Source: Clostridia bacterium
Lineage (GTDB): Bacteria; Bacillota; Clostridia; CAKSNL01; HGM11501
Direction: 5' to 3'
Length of the DNA stretch: 64,000 nucleotides
Assembly (NCBI GenBank): GCA_045123995.1
Contig: JBGVKY010000026.1
Location: 73,600-137,599 of the forward strand
Part shown: one piece after another, positions 18,414-28,444 of the stretch
Layout of the letters: the number at the start of each line of letters is the position of its first letter
How positions within the stretch are numbered: the stretch's first letter is position 1
The notes under the pieces: generated by a model
Seen by the model: only the letters and a program-made list of their open reading frames with translations
Database searches by the model: none
Told to the model about the DNA's origin: nothing
Translations under genes and position numbers: made by a program

Positions 18414-18569
18414 TTTATTTTGCATATTCATAAAGGAAAACGAAATGAAAAAATGTTATAATGATTTCAAGCGGTGATTGCATATCGACAAAATAAGTGG
18501 CATCTAAATCATTCACTGATTCTATAATAAAAAAATAATTTATTTTTCGGCAAATAAAGGAGAATGACC

Positions 18570-19526
18570 ATGGATTATACTAAAGTTACCATATACACTA
18601 ACTCAGAAGGTGTGGATTTAATAGCAGCGATGCTTTATGATCTCGATATTACAGGTATTCAGATAATGGACAAGACCGATTTTGAAGAATTTATGAAACA
18701 AAATCTCAGAGCATGGGACGTGGTTGACGAAGAATTTATGAGTTCTATGATGTCGCAGGAAACCACAGTCACATTCTATCTTGAAAATAATGCAGAAAAA
18801 GAAAGCATAATATCTATCATAAAGGATAAGCTTGTAAAGATGCCTGCAGGTGAATGCGGGAGACTAAAAGTTGAAGAGTCTTTAGTTAAAGACGAAGACT
18901 GGGCAAATAACTGGAAGAAATATTATAAGCCTTTAAGAATAGGAGAACATATAATAATAAAACCCACCTGGGAAGAAGTGAAGCCTGAAGAAAAGGATGT
19001 TATTGTGGAGTTAGACCCCGGAATGGCATTCGGAACAGGAAGTCATGCCAGCACAAATATGTGCCTTGAATTTTTAGAAAAGGTTATAAAAAAAGGTGAC
19101 AGAGTTCTGGATATTGGTACCGGAAGCGGAATACTCGGAATTGCTGCTTTGAAATTGGGAGCACAAAGCGTTACTGCCGTAGACATAGATCCTCTTGCGG
19201 TGAAAATAGCAAAGGAAAATGCGGCACTTAACGGCTTTTCAGAGCCTGAATTTACTGTTTTCGAAGGAGATTTGGCAGATAAGGTAAAAGGAGAATATGA
19301 CGTTGTAATAGCTAATATCGTAGCTGATATTATTTGCGAACTCTCAAAAACAGTCGGAAATTACATAAAAAAAGACGGGATTTTTATAACCTCCGGAATT
19401 ATTGATTTTAAAGCAGATAAAGTAAGAAATGCCCTTAAAGAAAATGGCATCAAAATTAAAGGAGAAAAATTAAGCAAGGACTGGAATGCTTTTATGTGCT
19501 GCAGAAAGGAAGATGACAATGAATAG
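18570..19526 (+). CDS. prmA: Ribosomal protein L11 methyltransferase
   Basis: DPGMAFGTGSHASTNMCLEFLE and VLDIGTGSGILGIAA motifs. ATG 18570 has better RBS spacing than 18564. Confidence 0.9.
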   Translation: MDYTKVTIYTNSEGVDLIAAMLYDLDITGIQIMDKTDFEEFMKQNLRAWDVVDEEFMSSMMSQETTVTFYLENNAEKESIISIIKDKLVKMPAGECGRLKVEESLVKDEDWANNWKKYYKPLRIGEHIIIKPTWEEVKPEEKDVIVELDPGMAFGTGSHASTNMCLEFLEKVIKKGDRVLDIGTGSGILGIAALKLGAQSVTAVDIDPLAVKIAKENAALNGFSEPEFTVFEGDLADKVKGEYDVVIANIVADIICELSKTVGNYIKKDGIFITSGIIDFKADKVRNALKENGIKIKGEKLSKDWNAFMCCRKEDDNE

Positions 19527-20856
19527 CTTAAATAAAGATTTTTACGAAAAATTAAAAGGTATTTACACAATACACCCTGAAACATATGAAAAATACGATG
19601 TTAAAAGAGGACTCAGAAACAAAGATGGCACAGGTGTTTTGGTAGGGCTTACTTCCATAGGTGATGTAAGAGGATACATCATTGAAGAAAAGGATAAAAT
19701 AAATGTCCCCGGAAAGCTTACATATCGCGGAATAAATATGGTTGACATTGTTAAAGAAAACGAAAAAAGAGGACAACACGCTTTTGAAGAAACTGTATAT
19801 CTTATTTTAATGGGCGAACTTCCTACAAAAGATGAACTTAAGGAATTTAAGGAAATTTTGGCAAAGAAAAGAGAACTTCCCAGGGGATTTACCGAAGATA
19901 TGATTCTTAAAGCTCCCAGCCCCAACATAATGAATAAGCTGGCAAGAGCAGTTTTAGCATCTTATTCCTATGACGAAAATCCTGACAGCACAAGCATTGA
20001 AAATCTGGTAAGACAATCTATTGAGCTTATTTCCAGATTCCCCTCAATGGTTTCTTACGGATACCAGGCAAAAAAGCATTATTATGATGGAGACAGCTTA
20101 TTTTTACACAGTCCTTTGCCGGAATATGACACTGCACAGAATTTTCTTCATATGATAAGAAAGGATAATAAATTCACAGAACTGGAAGCAAGCGTATTGG
20201 ATCTTCTTTTAGTTATACATGCGGAACACGGCGGTGGTAACAACTCAAGCTTTGCAACTCATGTTGTATCTTCCAGCGGAACAGATACGTACAGCGCAAT
20301 AGCTGCGGCTGTAGGATCTTTAAAAGGACCAAGACACGGCGGTGCAAACGCAAAAGTTATAGGAATGATAGATGAAATAAAAGCCTGCTGCAACTGGAAA
20401 GACGAAGGGGCTCTTAAAGACTATCTTGTAAAAATAGTAAATAAAGAGGCTTACGATAAAAGCGGACTTGTGTACGGTATGGGACACGCTATATATACAT
20501 TAAGTGACCCGAGAGCTGAGCTTCTTAAAGAAAAAGCGGAACATATGGCAGCAGAAACCGGCAGAGAAAAGGAATTTGAGCTTTATAAGAGAATTGAGGC
20601 CTTGACTCCAGGAATTTTCAATGAAATCAAAGGAAATAAAAAGCACTTGTGTGCCAATGTTGATTTGTATTCCGGTTTTGTATACAGCATGCTTGGTATT
20701 CCAGAGGAGCTTTACACTCCCTTGTTTGCAATAGCAAGAGTTCCCAGCTGGTGTGCTCACAGAATGGAAGAAATTGTGGCAGGCGGAAAAATTATTCGTC
20801 CCGCGTATAAGAGCGTCAGCATCAAGAGAAGCTATACTCCTATAGAAGAAAGATAA
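19516..20856 (+). CDS. Citrate synthase (Si-type, GltA family)
   Basis: HAEHGGG...SS and GPRHGGAN motifs and catalytic His/Asp region. RBS GAAAGGAAG. Overlaps the prmA 3' end by 11 nt. Confidence 0.85.
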   Translation, partial: TMNSLNKDFYEKLKGIYTIHPETYEKYDVKRGLRNKDGTGVLVGLTSIGDVRGYIIEEKDKINVPGKLTYRGINMVDIVKENEKRGQHAFEETVYLILMGELPTKDELKEFKEILAKKRELPRGFTEDMILKAPSPNIMNKLARAVLASYSYDENPDSTSIENLVRQSIELISRFPSMVSYGYQAKKHYYDGDSLFLHSPLPEYDTAQNFLHMIRKDNKFTELEASVLDLLLVIHAEHGGGNNSSFATHVVSSSGTDTYSAIAAAVGSLKGPRHGGANAKVIGMIDEIKACCNWKDEGALKDYLVKIVNKEAYDKSGLVYGMGHAIYTLSDPRAELLKEKAEHMAAETGREKEFELYKRIEALTPGIFNEIKGNKKHLCANVDLYSGFVYSMLGIPEELYTPLFAIARVPSWCAHRMEEIVAGGKIIRPAYKSVSIKRSYTPIEER

Positions 20857-20861
20857 AGCTT

Positions 20862-20890
20862 AAAGGTGTGCAGAGAGCACACCTTTAATA
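20862..20890 (+). terminator. Probable terminator
   Basis: AAAGGTGTGC-AGAGA-GCACACCTTT followed by AATAAAA (weak T tail). Confidence 0.5.
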
Positions 20891-20906
20891 AAAGGAAGTG
20901 AAAAAA

Positions 20907-22553
20907 ATGCCATTAGACGGTATAACACTTTACTCGGTAGCGAATGAACTTAAAGAATTAGTTGATTCTTCCGTTCAGAAAATATATCAGCCGGAAAAAG
21001 ACGAAATACTTTTGGTTTTACACACGAAAGATGGAACAAAGAAGCTTATTTTAAGCTCAAGCCCTCAGAATCCAAGGGTATATATAACCAATGCTTCTTA
21101 TAAAAATCCAGAAAGTGCGCCTATGTTTTGCATGCTTTTAAGAAAGCATTTTACAGGGGGAAAAATAAAGGCTGTAAACCAAGCCGGACTTGACAGAATT
21201 ATAGACTTAACCTTTGAATGTCATTCGGAACTTGGAGACCTTACCAATAAGCATATCGTTATTGAAATAATGAGCAGAAATTCAAACATAATTGTAACTG
21301 ACGAAGAATATAAAATTTACGATTGTTTAAGAAAAAACGACCTGTTTTCAGAAAGCGACAGAACAATTTTACCGGGATTTATATATAAATTTCCCTCAAA
21401 AGATGGTAAGTGCGATATATTAAAATCGGATGATAAAGAGATATTAGATTTTCTCAGTTGTGAAAATCCGTCATATCCCAAGCTTTTACTGGGTTTTTCT
21501 CCCTTGGCAGACAGGGAAGGGGAGTTTTACGGTTCTAAAGAAAAATATGCTTTAGAAATAAAAAACAAGCTTGAAAGCAGAGAGTTTAGTCCCACGGTTA
21601 TATTTGATGAAGACAATAAACCTTTTGATTTCTGGTGCTTTGATATAAAAGAATACGGAGATAAATTTACCAAAAAAACTTTCCCGTCAATGAGCGAAGC
21701 CTTGGAGACGTATTACCATGAAAAAGCATTAAAAGAACACCTGAAACAGAAAAATGCAAGCCTTTCCAAACTTCTCTCCAATCTTATCACAAGAGCGGAA
21801 AAAAAGCTCAAAATCCAGAGAAAAGAGCTTTTGGATGCAGGAAAAAAAGAAGAATTCAAGGTTATGGGTGACTTAATAAAGGCAAATCTTTATAAAATAA
21901 AAGAAGGAGAGAAGATAGCGGAAGTTTCCGACTGGTCTTCCTGGGAAGAGAAAATCATCCACATTCCTTTGGACGAAAATCTTTCGCCTTCTGAAAACGC
22001 TCAAAGATATTACAAAAAGTACGCCAAGGCAAAAAAAGCCGAAGAGGTTTTGACAGAACAAATTTCAAAAACCTTAAACGAGATAGAATATCTTAAAAGT
22101 GTGCTCTTATCCTTAAGCGAGTCAGAAAATATTGAAGATATTACTCAAATTAAGGAAGAACTTGCTGACGGGGGCTATATTAAGGTTGAAAAAGGAAAGA
22201 AAAAGAAAGAAAGTGAATCAAAGCCCCTTTTATTTGAGCGTGAAGGATTTTCTATATATGTGGGAAAAAATAACAAGCAAAATGACCTTCTGACATTGAA
22301 AACAGCAGAGCCTTATGATATATGGCTACATGTTAAAAATAATACGGGCTCTCATGTAATAATAGTAACCGACGGCAAAGAGGTTCCGCCATCGGTTATT
22401 GAATACGGGGCAAGTCTTGCGGCAAAACACAGCAAAGCAAAAGGTGCTCCTAAAACAGAGGTGGATTATACATTAGCAAAGTATGTCAAAAAGCCTCAGG
22501 GGGCAAAACCCGGAATGGTAATCTACACTAATTATCAAACCTGTGTGATTTAA
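20907..22553 (+). CDS. rqcH: RqcH (FbpA/Rqc2 homolog, NFACT-domain ribosome quality control protein)
   Basis: N-terminal NFACT-N (MPLDGITLYSVANEL), coiled-coil middle and NFACT-R C-terminus. About 548 aa. Confidence 0.8.
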   Translation: MPLDGITLYSVANELKELVDSSVQKIYQPEKDEILLVLHTKDGTKKLILSSSPQNPRVYITNASYKNPESAPMFCMLLRKHFTGGKIKAVNQAGLDRIIDLTFECHSELGDLTNKHIVIEIMSRNSNIIVTDEEYKIYDCLRKNDLFSESDRTILPGFIYKFPSKDGKCDILKSDDKEILDFLSCENPSYPKLLLGFSPLADREGEFYGSKEKYALEIKNKLESREFSPTVIFDEDNKPFDFWCFDIKEYGDKFTKKTFPSMSEALETYYHEKALKEHLKQKNASLSKLLSNLITRAEKKLKIQRKELLDAGKKEEFKVMGDLIKANLYKIKEGEKIAEVSDWSSWEEKIIHIPLDENLSPSENAQRYYKKYAKAKKAEEVLTEQISKTLNEIEYLKSVLLSLSESENIEDITQIKEELADGGYIKVEKGKKKKESESKPLLFEREGFSIYVGKNNKQNDLLTLKTAEPYDIWLHVKNNTGSHVIIVTDGKEVPPSVIEYGASLAAKHSKAKGAPKTEVDYTLAKYVKKPQGAKPGMVIYTNYQTCVI

Positions 22554-22572
22554 GAAAAAAGCGCAAAAAATA

Positions 22573-22601
22573 TTGACCTTCGACAATTTTTGTGGTATAA
22601 T
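22573..22601 (+). promoter_or_regulatory. Strong sigma-A promoter TTGACC-N17-TATAAT with an extended TG
   Basis: Read from sequence upstream of the ATPase-korDABC cluster. Confidence 0.65.
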
Positions 22602-22631
22602 CTAATAATTAAATTAAAGGGGAGAGGTCTG

Positions 22632-23252
22632 ATGAAAAAAATTCACATTTTTGTAGGGCATTACGGAAGCGGAAAGACAGAATTAGCCGTTAATTTTGCC
22701 CTTAAAAACAAGGTGGATTTAATAGCTGACCTGGATACAGTTAACCCCTATTTCAGAACTAATGATGTAAAGATGCTTTTGGAAAAAGAAAATATCAAAG
22801 TGGTTGTTCCGCATTATGCAGGTACAAATGTGGATTTGCCGTCTTTACCGCCCGAAATCTATTCCGCATTTACCGAAAATAAAGTGGCCGTTTTGGATAT
22901 CGGCGGAGATGATGATGGAGCAGCTGTCTTAGGAAGATTCAAAAACCTTATAACAGAAGAAAATGCAGAAATTTATTTTGTTATAAATGTTTTAAGGCCT
23001 GAAACTGATACGCCTGAGAAGATAATAGAGATGATAAGAGCAATCGAATATACATCAAGGCAAAAGGTTACTTATCTTGTAAACAATACAAATCTTATGG
23101 GAGAAACAGAATATTCTCATGTATTAAAGGGAGAAAAAATCGTCAGGGAAGTTTCTTCTTTAACGGGTATTCCTTTTTACGGGAATTCGGTAAAGAAAGA
23201 GCTTGCAAAAAAAGATGATTTTTCAATAGATAAATATATCACTATGCTTTAG
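22632..23252 (+). CDS. P-loop NTPase of unknown function (Walker A GHYGSGKT)
   Basis: ATG at 22632 after GGGGAGAGG. Walker A and aspartate-rich Walker B VLDIGGDDDG. Co-oriented with and 26 nt upstream of korD. Confidence 0.5.
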   Translation: MKKIHIFVGHYGSGKTELAVNFALKNKVDLIADLDTVNPYFRTNDVKMLLEKENIKVVVPHYAGTNVDLPSLPPEIYSAFTENKVAVLDIGGDDDGAAVLGRFKNLITEENAEIYFVINVLRPETDTPEKIIEMIRAIEYTSRQKVTYLVNNTNLMGETEYSHVLKGEKIVREVSSLTGIPFYGNSVKKELAKKDDFSIDKYITML

Positions 23253-23278
23253 TGTCAATAAAGAAAGGAATGATACAT

Positions 23279-23485
23279 ATGTCAAAGGCTCATTTCAATG
23301 AAGAAGTTTGTAAAGGCTGCGGTCTTTGCACAACAGTTTGTCCTAAAAATATTGTTGTTATCAATAAAGACAAACTCAATAAAAAAGGTTATAATCCCGC
23401 AGGAGTGACGGATGTGGAAAAATGCATAGGTTGTGCATTTTGTGCGATGATTTGTCCCGACTGTGCAATAGAAGTAAAGGAGTGA
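23279..23485 (+). CDS. korD: 2-oxoacid:ferredoxin oxidoreductase delta subunit (2x[4Fe-4S] ferredoxin)
   Basis: Two CxxCxxCxxxCP motifs. RBS AAAGGAA. Confidence 0.8.
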   Translation: MSKAHFNEEVCKGCGLCTTVCPKNIVVINKDKLNKKGYNPAGVTDVEKCIGCAFCAMICPDCAIEVKE

Positions 23486-23490
23486 CAAAA

Positions 23491-24558
23491 ATGGAAGAAA
23501 AGGTTTTAATGAAAGGAAACGAGGCTTTGGCTCGTGCGGCTATAGAGGCCGGATGTAAACATTTCTTCGGCTATCCCATAACTCCTCAGACAGAGGTTGC
23601 GGCTTATATGGCTAAGCAGATGCCAAAAATTGGAGGAACTTTCCTTCAGGCTGAAAGCGAAGTTTCTGCAATCAACATGGTTTACGGAGCGGCAGGTGCA
23701 GGCGCAAGGGTTATGACATCATCTTCAAGCCCCGGAATCAGCTTGAAATCAGAAGGTATTTCATACATCGCAGGAAGCGATCTCCCCTGTGTAATTTGTA
23801 ATATTGTGCGAGGAGGCCCCGGACTTGGCGGTATCCAGCCTGCACAGAGTGACTATTTTCAGGCTACAAAAGGCGGCGGTCACGGTGACTATCATTTAAT
23901 CGTTTTAGCCCCTGCTTCCGTTCAGGAAATGGTAGACCTTGTAAAAGAAGCTTTTGATCTTGCAGACTTTTACAGAATGCCTGTTATGATTATGGGTGAC
24001 GGAATGCTGGGTCAGATGATGGAACCTGTTGTGTTCGGTAACTACAAGAGCAAAAAAGAGCTTTCAGAAAAAACATGGGCTACGAAGGGAACAAACATGG
24101 AAAGAGAACACAATATTGTAAACTCTCTTTACATCACCCCCGATGAGCTTGAAAAACTGGTTCAGGAAAGATATAAAAAGTACGACGTAATCAAGAAAGA
24201 AGAATCAAGAGCAGAAGAATATATGTGCGAGGATGCAGATATTATCATTGCGGCATACGGAACAATTGCCCGCGTGGCAAAATCTGCTATCAGCCGTGCA
24301 AGAGAAAAGGGAATAAAGGTTGGCCTTATTCGTCCTATTACTCTTTGGCCTTTCCCCACGGAAGTATATGCTAAATATGCTGGTAAAATCAAATCTTTCC
24401 TTGCTGTAGAAATGAGCATGGGACAGATGATAGAAGATGTACGACTTTCTGTCGAAGGAAAGACTCCTGTTGATTTCTACGGACGTACAGGCGGTATGAT
24501 TCCCAGCCCTGAAGAAATCGTTGAAAAATTAGAAGCTATGATGGGAGGCAGAAAATAA
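23491..24558 (+). CDS. korA: 2-oxoglutarate/2-oxoacid:ferredoxin oxidoreductase alpha subunit
   Basis: ATG at 23491 after AAGGAG. The N-terminus [22 protein letters not shown] is typical of KorA/PorA. Confidence 0.85.
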   Translation: MEEKVLMKGNEALARAAIEAGCKHFFGYPITPQTEVAAYMAKQMPKIGGTFLQAESEVSAINMVYGAAGAGARVMTSSSSPGISLKSEGISYIAGSDLPCVICNIVRGGPGLGGIQPAQSDYFQATKGGGHGDYHLIVLAPASVQEMVDLVKEAFDLADFYRMPVMIMGDGMLGQMMEPVVFGNYKSKKELSEKTWATKGTNMEREHNIVNSLYITPDELEKLVQERYKKYDVIKKEESRAEEYMCEDADIIIAAYGTIARVAKSAISRAREKGIKVGLIRPITLWPFPTEVYAKYAGKIKSFLAVEMSMGQMIEDVRLSVEGKTPVDFYGRTGGMIPSPEEIVEKLEAMMGGRK

Positions 24559-25301
24559 TGGCAACATTCAAAAGACCTCACGCACTTTGTGATGTGACAC
24601 TCCATTATTGCCCCGGTTGTAATCACGGTATAGTTCACCGTCTGGTTGCAGAGGTAATAGATGAGCTTGGTATAGAGGGAAAAACTGTAGGTATAGCACC
24701 TGTTGGTTGTGCAGTTTTTGCATATAACTATTTCAACTGCGATATGCAGGAAGCAGCACACGGACGTGCTCCCGCTGTAGCAACAGGCGTTAAGAGAGTT
24801 CATCCTGACAATGTAGTATTTACATACCAGGGAGACGGAGACCTCGCTGCAATCGGTACTGCTGAAACTGTACATGCGGCAGCAAGAGGAGAAAATATAA
24901 CCGTTATATTCATAAACAATGCAATATACGGAATGACAGGTGGACAGATGGCGCCCACCACGCTGCCCGGACAGATAACTCAGACTTCCCCTTATGGAAG
25001 AAATACAGAGACTCAGGGGCATCCTATAAGAGTTTGTGAAATGCTTTCAACTTTGGACGGTGTTGCTCTCGCTCAGCGTTGTGCTGTAAACAATATCAAA
25101 AACATCAAAGAGACCAAGAAGGCAATCAAGAAAGCTTTCGAAAATCAGATAAACAAAAAAGGTTTTTCCATAGTTGAAGTTTTATCAACCTGTCCTACCA
25201 ACTGGGGACTTACACCCGTAGAGGCATTAAAGTGGCTTGAAGACAATATGATGCCTTACTATCCTCTTGGAGTATATAAAGACAAGGACGGTGATAAATA
25301 A
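24558..25301 (+). CDS. korB: 2-oxoacid:ferredoxin oxidoreductase beta subunit (TPP-binding)
   Basis: Cys motif CPGCNHG and TPP-binding GDG...N region. Confidence 0.85.
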   Translation: MATFKRPHALCDVTLHYCPGCNHGIVHRLVAEVIDELGIEGKTVGIAPVGCAVFAYNYFNCDMQEAAHGRAPAVATGVKRVHPDNVVFTYQGDGDLAAIGTAETVHAAARGENITVIFINNAIYGMTGGQMAPTTLPGQITQTSPYGRNTETQGHPIRVCEMLSTLDGVALAQRCAVNNIKNIKETKKAIKKAFENQINKKGFSIVEVLSTCPTNWGLTPVEALKWLEDNMMPYYPLGVYKDKDGDK

Positions 25302-25831
25302 TGGCAACTCATGAAATTATACTTGCAGGTTTCGGCGGACAAGGTATTTTGTTTGCAGGAAAATTACTTGCATATTGCGGAATGGTTTCTGATAAAGAGC
25401 TTTCATGGCTTCCTTCTTATGGTCCTGAAATGAGAGGCGGAACATGTAACTGCCATGTTATTTTATCCGATGAGCCCGTAAGCTCTCCATTGATCACAAA
25501 ACCCAGCGTTCTTTTTGCAATGAACCAGCCCTCTTTGGACAAATTTATTGATTCGGTACAGGAAGGCGGAGTTGTGGTATACGATGCTTCTTTGGTATCA
25601 GGCGATATAAAGAGAAAGGACATAAAGGCGGTTGGTATTCCTGCAACAAAGCTTGCCAATGAAATGGGAGCTTCCAAGCTTGCCAACATGATTTTGGTAG
25701 GAGCAATGCTTAAGGCTACTGATATTGCAGATATCAAGGTTGTTGAAACTGCACTTTCAAAGGTTATTCCTGCGAAAAAGACTGATATGCTCGAACTTAA
25801 CTTAAATTGCATCAAAAAAGGTATGGAATAA
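25301..25831 (+). CDS. korC: 2-oxoacid:ferredoxin oxidoreductase gamma subunit
   Basis: ILAGFGGQGILFAGK motif. Confidence 0.85.
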   Translation: MATHEIILAGFGGQGILFAGKLLAYCGMVSDKELSWLPSYGPEMRGGTCNCHVILSDEPVSSPLITKPSVLFAMNQPSLDKFIDSVQEGGVVVYDASLVSGDIKRKDIKAVGIPATKLANEMGASKLANMILVGAMLKATDIADIKVVETALSKVIPAKKTDMLELNLNCIKKGME

Positions 25832-25834
25832 GAA

Positions 25835-25872
25835 AAAAAGCTGAAATTTACGAAAGTGAATTTCAGCTTTTT
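25835..25872 (+). terminator. Rho-independent terminator
   Basis: AAAGCTGAAATT-tacgaaagtg-AATTTCAGCTTT followed by T run. Confidence 0.8.
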
Positions 25873-25875
25873 CTA

Positions 25876-25904
25876 TTGCAATAAATATTTACCTATGCTA
25901 TAAT
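25876..25904 (+). promoter_or_regulatory. Sigma-A-like promoter TTGCAA-N17-TATAAT
   Basis: Read from sequence. Confidence 0.55.
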
Positions 25905-25951
25905 TTGCTTGTATATTAAGAAAATAACCATTTTTGAAAAGAGGGGTAAAT

Positions 25952-26947
25952 ATGAATTACTATGTAGGTCATCATTCACAGATAAGAGGAGCAGAAGAAC
26001 ATATCTTAGTGGGCGGAAAAGGAAACGGAATGAGACTTCTTACTGTAAGAAACGGAAAAGGTCTTGATTTAACCATTTCTGTTGACAGATGTATGGATGT
26101 GCCAAGAATTAGTTATAAAGGCGTGAATGTAGGTTATTTCGCCCCATCAGGCTATGTGGCACCTTCTTACTATAACGGAGATTTCTTAAACTCTTTTACA
26201 GCAGGATTTTTTACTACTTGCGGTCTTACAACTGTGGGCGGTCCCTCTGAAGACCAGGGGGAATTTTGCCCTATGCATGGGACAATTTCTAATATTCCTG
26301 CAGAAAGTTTTTCTATTGAAGAAACAGACGAGGGAATAACCATTTCTGGTAAAATTAGAGATGCGGCACTTTTCAGAAGAAAGCTTACACTTAACCGTAA
26401 ATATTTTATTTCATACAAAGAAAACATAATAAAAATGGAGGATGAGATTGTAAACGAGGGCACAGAAGAGTCTCCCTTAATGCTTCTCTATCATTGCAAC
26501 ATTGGATATCCTCTTTTAAGCGAAAATTCAAAGGTTGTAATTCCTGCTAACAGTGTCATTCCCAGAAACGAGATCGCTGCTAAAGGCCTTAAAGATGCAC
26601 TTAAAATGACAAAGCCTCAGCACGGCATAGAAGAAGAGTGCTTCTTCTATGATGTCAAGGATAAGGATAGTTATGCTAAGGTTGGAATATATTCTCCTTC
26701 AGAAAACATAGGACTTACCCTTGGTTTTGATAAAAGACAGCTTAGCAAGTTTACGGAGTGGAAAATGATGGGAGAAATTGAATATGCTTTAGGGTTGGAA
26801 CCAGGCATTTGTTTCCCCGAAGAAAGAAAGGTTTTAAGAGAAAGAGGAGAGCTTAAATTCTTAAAACCCTCTGAAAGCTATAAAACATCATTATCTTTTG
26901 AATTTTTTAATAGCATTGAAGCTTTCGATGAAGAATTATTAAAATAA
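25952..26947 (+). CDS. Aldose-1-epimerase-like (galactose mutarotase fold, DUF4432-type) protein
   Basis: ATG at 25952 after AAGAGGGG. Beta-sandwich-like composition. Located next to galT. Confidence 0.4.
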   Translation: MNYYVGHHSQIRGAEEHILVGGKGNGMRLLTVRNGKGLDLTISVDRCMDVPRISYKGVNVGYFAPSGYVAPSYYNGDFLNSFTAGFFTTCGLTTVGGPSEDQGEFCPMHGTISNIPAESFSIEETDEGITISGKIRDAALFRRKLTLNRKYFISYKENIIKMEDEIVNEGTEESPLMLLYHCNIGYPLLSENSKVVIPANSVIPRNEIAAKGLKDALKMTKPQHGIEEECFFYDVKDKDSYAKVGIYSPSENIGLTLGFDKRQLSKFTEWKMMGEIEYALGLEPGICFPEERKVLRERGELKFLKPSESYKTSLSFEFFNSIEAFDEELLK

Positions 26948-28272
26948 AAGGCAGTACTGCCTTTTATTTTTTTTCCATAAAAGTATAAAGGTAAACCGGA
27001 TAAAGTTATTCCGATACTAAAAAAAGCTAAAATTCTTGCTTTTAGACCGGAGAAAAATAATTGGTTTATCAGAACATAAATGCCACTTAAAATGGCGATT
27101 AAGGGGATAAAAGGGTAGAGGGGTACTTTATAATTTCGTTTTAGATTAGGCTTCTTTTTTCTCAAAATAATAACAGCCAGAAATGTCATGGTATAAAAAA
27201 TCCAAGAAGAAAAAGTAGCTAAGTCTGTAAGAGAGTCAAAGGAGCCGAAAAATATATAAATACAAGCTAATATACCTATAAAACACATAGAATTGCTGGG
27301 GACAGAATTTTCATTGAGAAAAAGCCAGGTTCTGCTTAAAGGAAAAAGCTTATTTATACTTAAAGCATATAAAACACGGGAACCCGTTATCAAAAAAGCG
27401 TTTGCTGCCCCCGTTACACACAAAATTATCCCGAGTTTTACAAGCATTTTTCCGGTAGGACCAAAGATTTTTAATGCAACCGTGGTTGCAGGGGATGTAG
27501 ATGCCATAAGCTCATTTGCAGACACAACATTAAGATAGGAAATGTTTATAATTACATATAAAATAATAATTAGTGTAACTCCGATAATTATAGCTTTGGG
27601 AAGATGCTTTTTTGGATTTTTTATCTCGCCCGAAATTGCACCTATATTAGCCCAACCTTCAAAGGTGAATAATACGGCTAAAAGAGTTGCACTTAAGGAA
27701 GTAAGTATATTTTTATCCTCGGATACCAACGGAATAATAACGCTGCCGTTGCCTTTACCTTTTATAAAACCACCAAATATAAAAAGTGCCAACAATATAA
27801 TTTTAGAAATTGTAAAAAGTGCCTGAGATTTTAAGATATTTTTCCCTTTGCAATTAAGGCATAGCAAAATAATTACAAATGAAATTGCCAAGGGTAAAAT
27901 AAATTCTTCACTGAAATATTCTGATAATTCAGCGCTGATTCTTACAGCATATCCAGCTATAAAAGCAGGATAAAAAATGATTATTTGCGTGTATCCTGCA
28001 AGAAAACCTATTTTTTCATTATAGACAGAAGTGAGATAATTCATCATTCCTCCGGTATCAGGAAAAATAGTAGCAATTTCTGCAAAAGTCAAGGCTGAAA
28101 AAAGGGTTATAACGCCACCTAAAATCCATGAAAGAATTCCGCCTCCGGGAGCTCCTCCTGTGGCATTATATATGACGTAAGGTTTGAAAAACACGCCTGC
28201 TCCTATAACATTGTCTAAAATCAATAAGACCGCTCCTGTCAGCCCCAAATGCCTTTTAAGTTCACTTTTCAT
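26878..28272 (-). CDS. APC-superfamily amino acid permease
   Basis: 12-TM APC-type protein (GAVLLILDNVIGAGVF...). The C-terminal 28 aa are low-complexity, run through the terminator hairpin and extend 70 bp into the convergent gene. Confidence 0.8.
   Translation of the reverse strand: MKSELKRHLGLTGAVLLILDNVIGAGVFFKPYVIYNATGGAPGGGILSWILGGVITLFSALTFAEIATIFPDTGGMMNYLTSVYNEKIGFLAGYTQIIIFYPAFIAGYAVRISAELSEYFSEEFILPLAISFVIILLCLNCKGKNILKSQALFTISKIILLALFIFGGFIKGKGNGSVIIPLVSEDKNILTSLSATLLAVLFTFEGWANIGAISGEIKNPKKHLPKAIIIGVTLIIILYVIINISYLNVVSANELMASTSPATTVALKIFGPTGKMLVKLGIILCVTGAANAFLITGSRVLYALSINKLFPLSRTWLFLNENSVPSNSMCFIGILACIYIFFGSFDSLTDLATFSSWIFYTMTFLAVIILRKKKPNLKRNYKVPLYPFIPLIAILSGIYVLINQLFFSGLKARILAFFSIGITLSGLPLYFYGKKIKGSTAFYFNNSSSKASMLLKNSKDNDVL
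26947..26973. terminator. Bidirectional terminator hairpin AAAGGCAGTACTGCCTTT followed by T8
   Basis: Read from sequence. The terminator lies inside the last 20 codons of the convergent permease ORF. Confidence 0.7.
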
Positions 28273-28378
28273 AAAATGCCTCTTTTTGTTTATTTAGTTA
28301 TATATATAAAATGATCATATTAATTATTCTAAAGACATAAAAAGATATAATTAAAAGTAAAAAAAGAGCCAAAATTCA

Positions 28379-28407
28379 TTGACACTTTTTCTTTGCTGTG
28401 GCATAAT
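28379..28407 (+). promoter_or_regulatory. Sigma-A promoter TTGACA-N17-CATAAT
   Basis: Read from sequence upstream of galT. Confidence 0.55.
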
Positions 28408-28444
28408 TATAATAAGAGATTTTTGACAAAAGGGAGTTGCTTAA

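Noticed and set aside
19563-19928. 121-aa minus-strand ORF inside citrate synthase
   Set aside because: It is antisense to a conserved enzyme gene and is Ser/Leu-rich low complexity
24477-25022. 181-aa Cys-rich ORF on the minus strand inside korA/korB
   Set aside because: Antisense to a well-supported gene. Its composition is a mirror artefact of the GC-rich codon positions in kor
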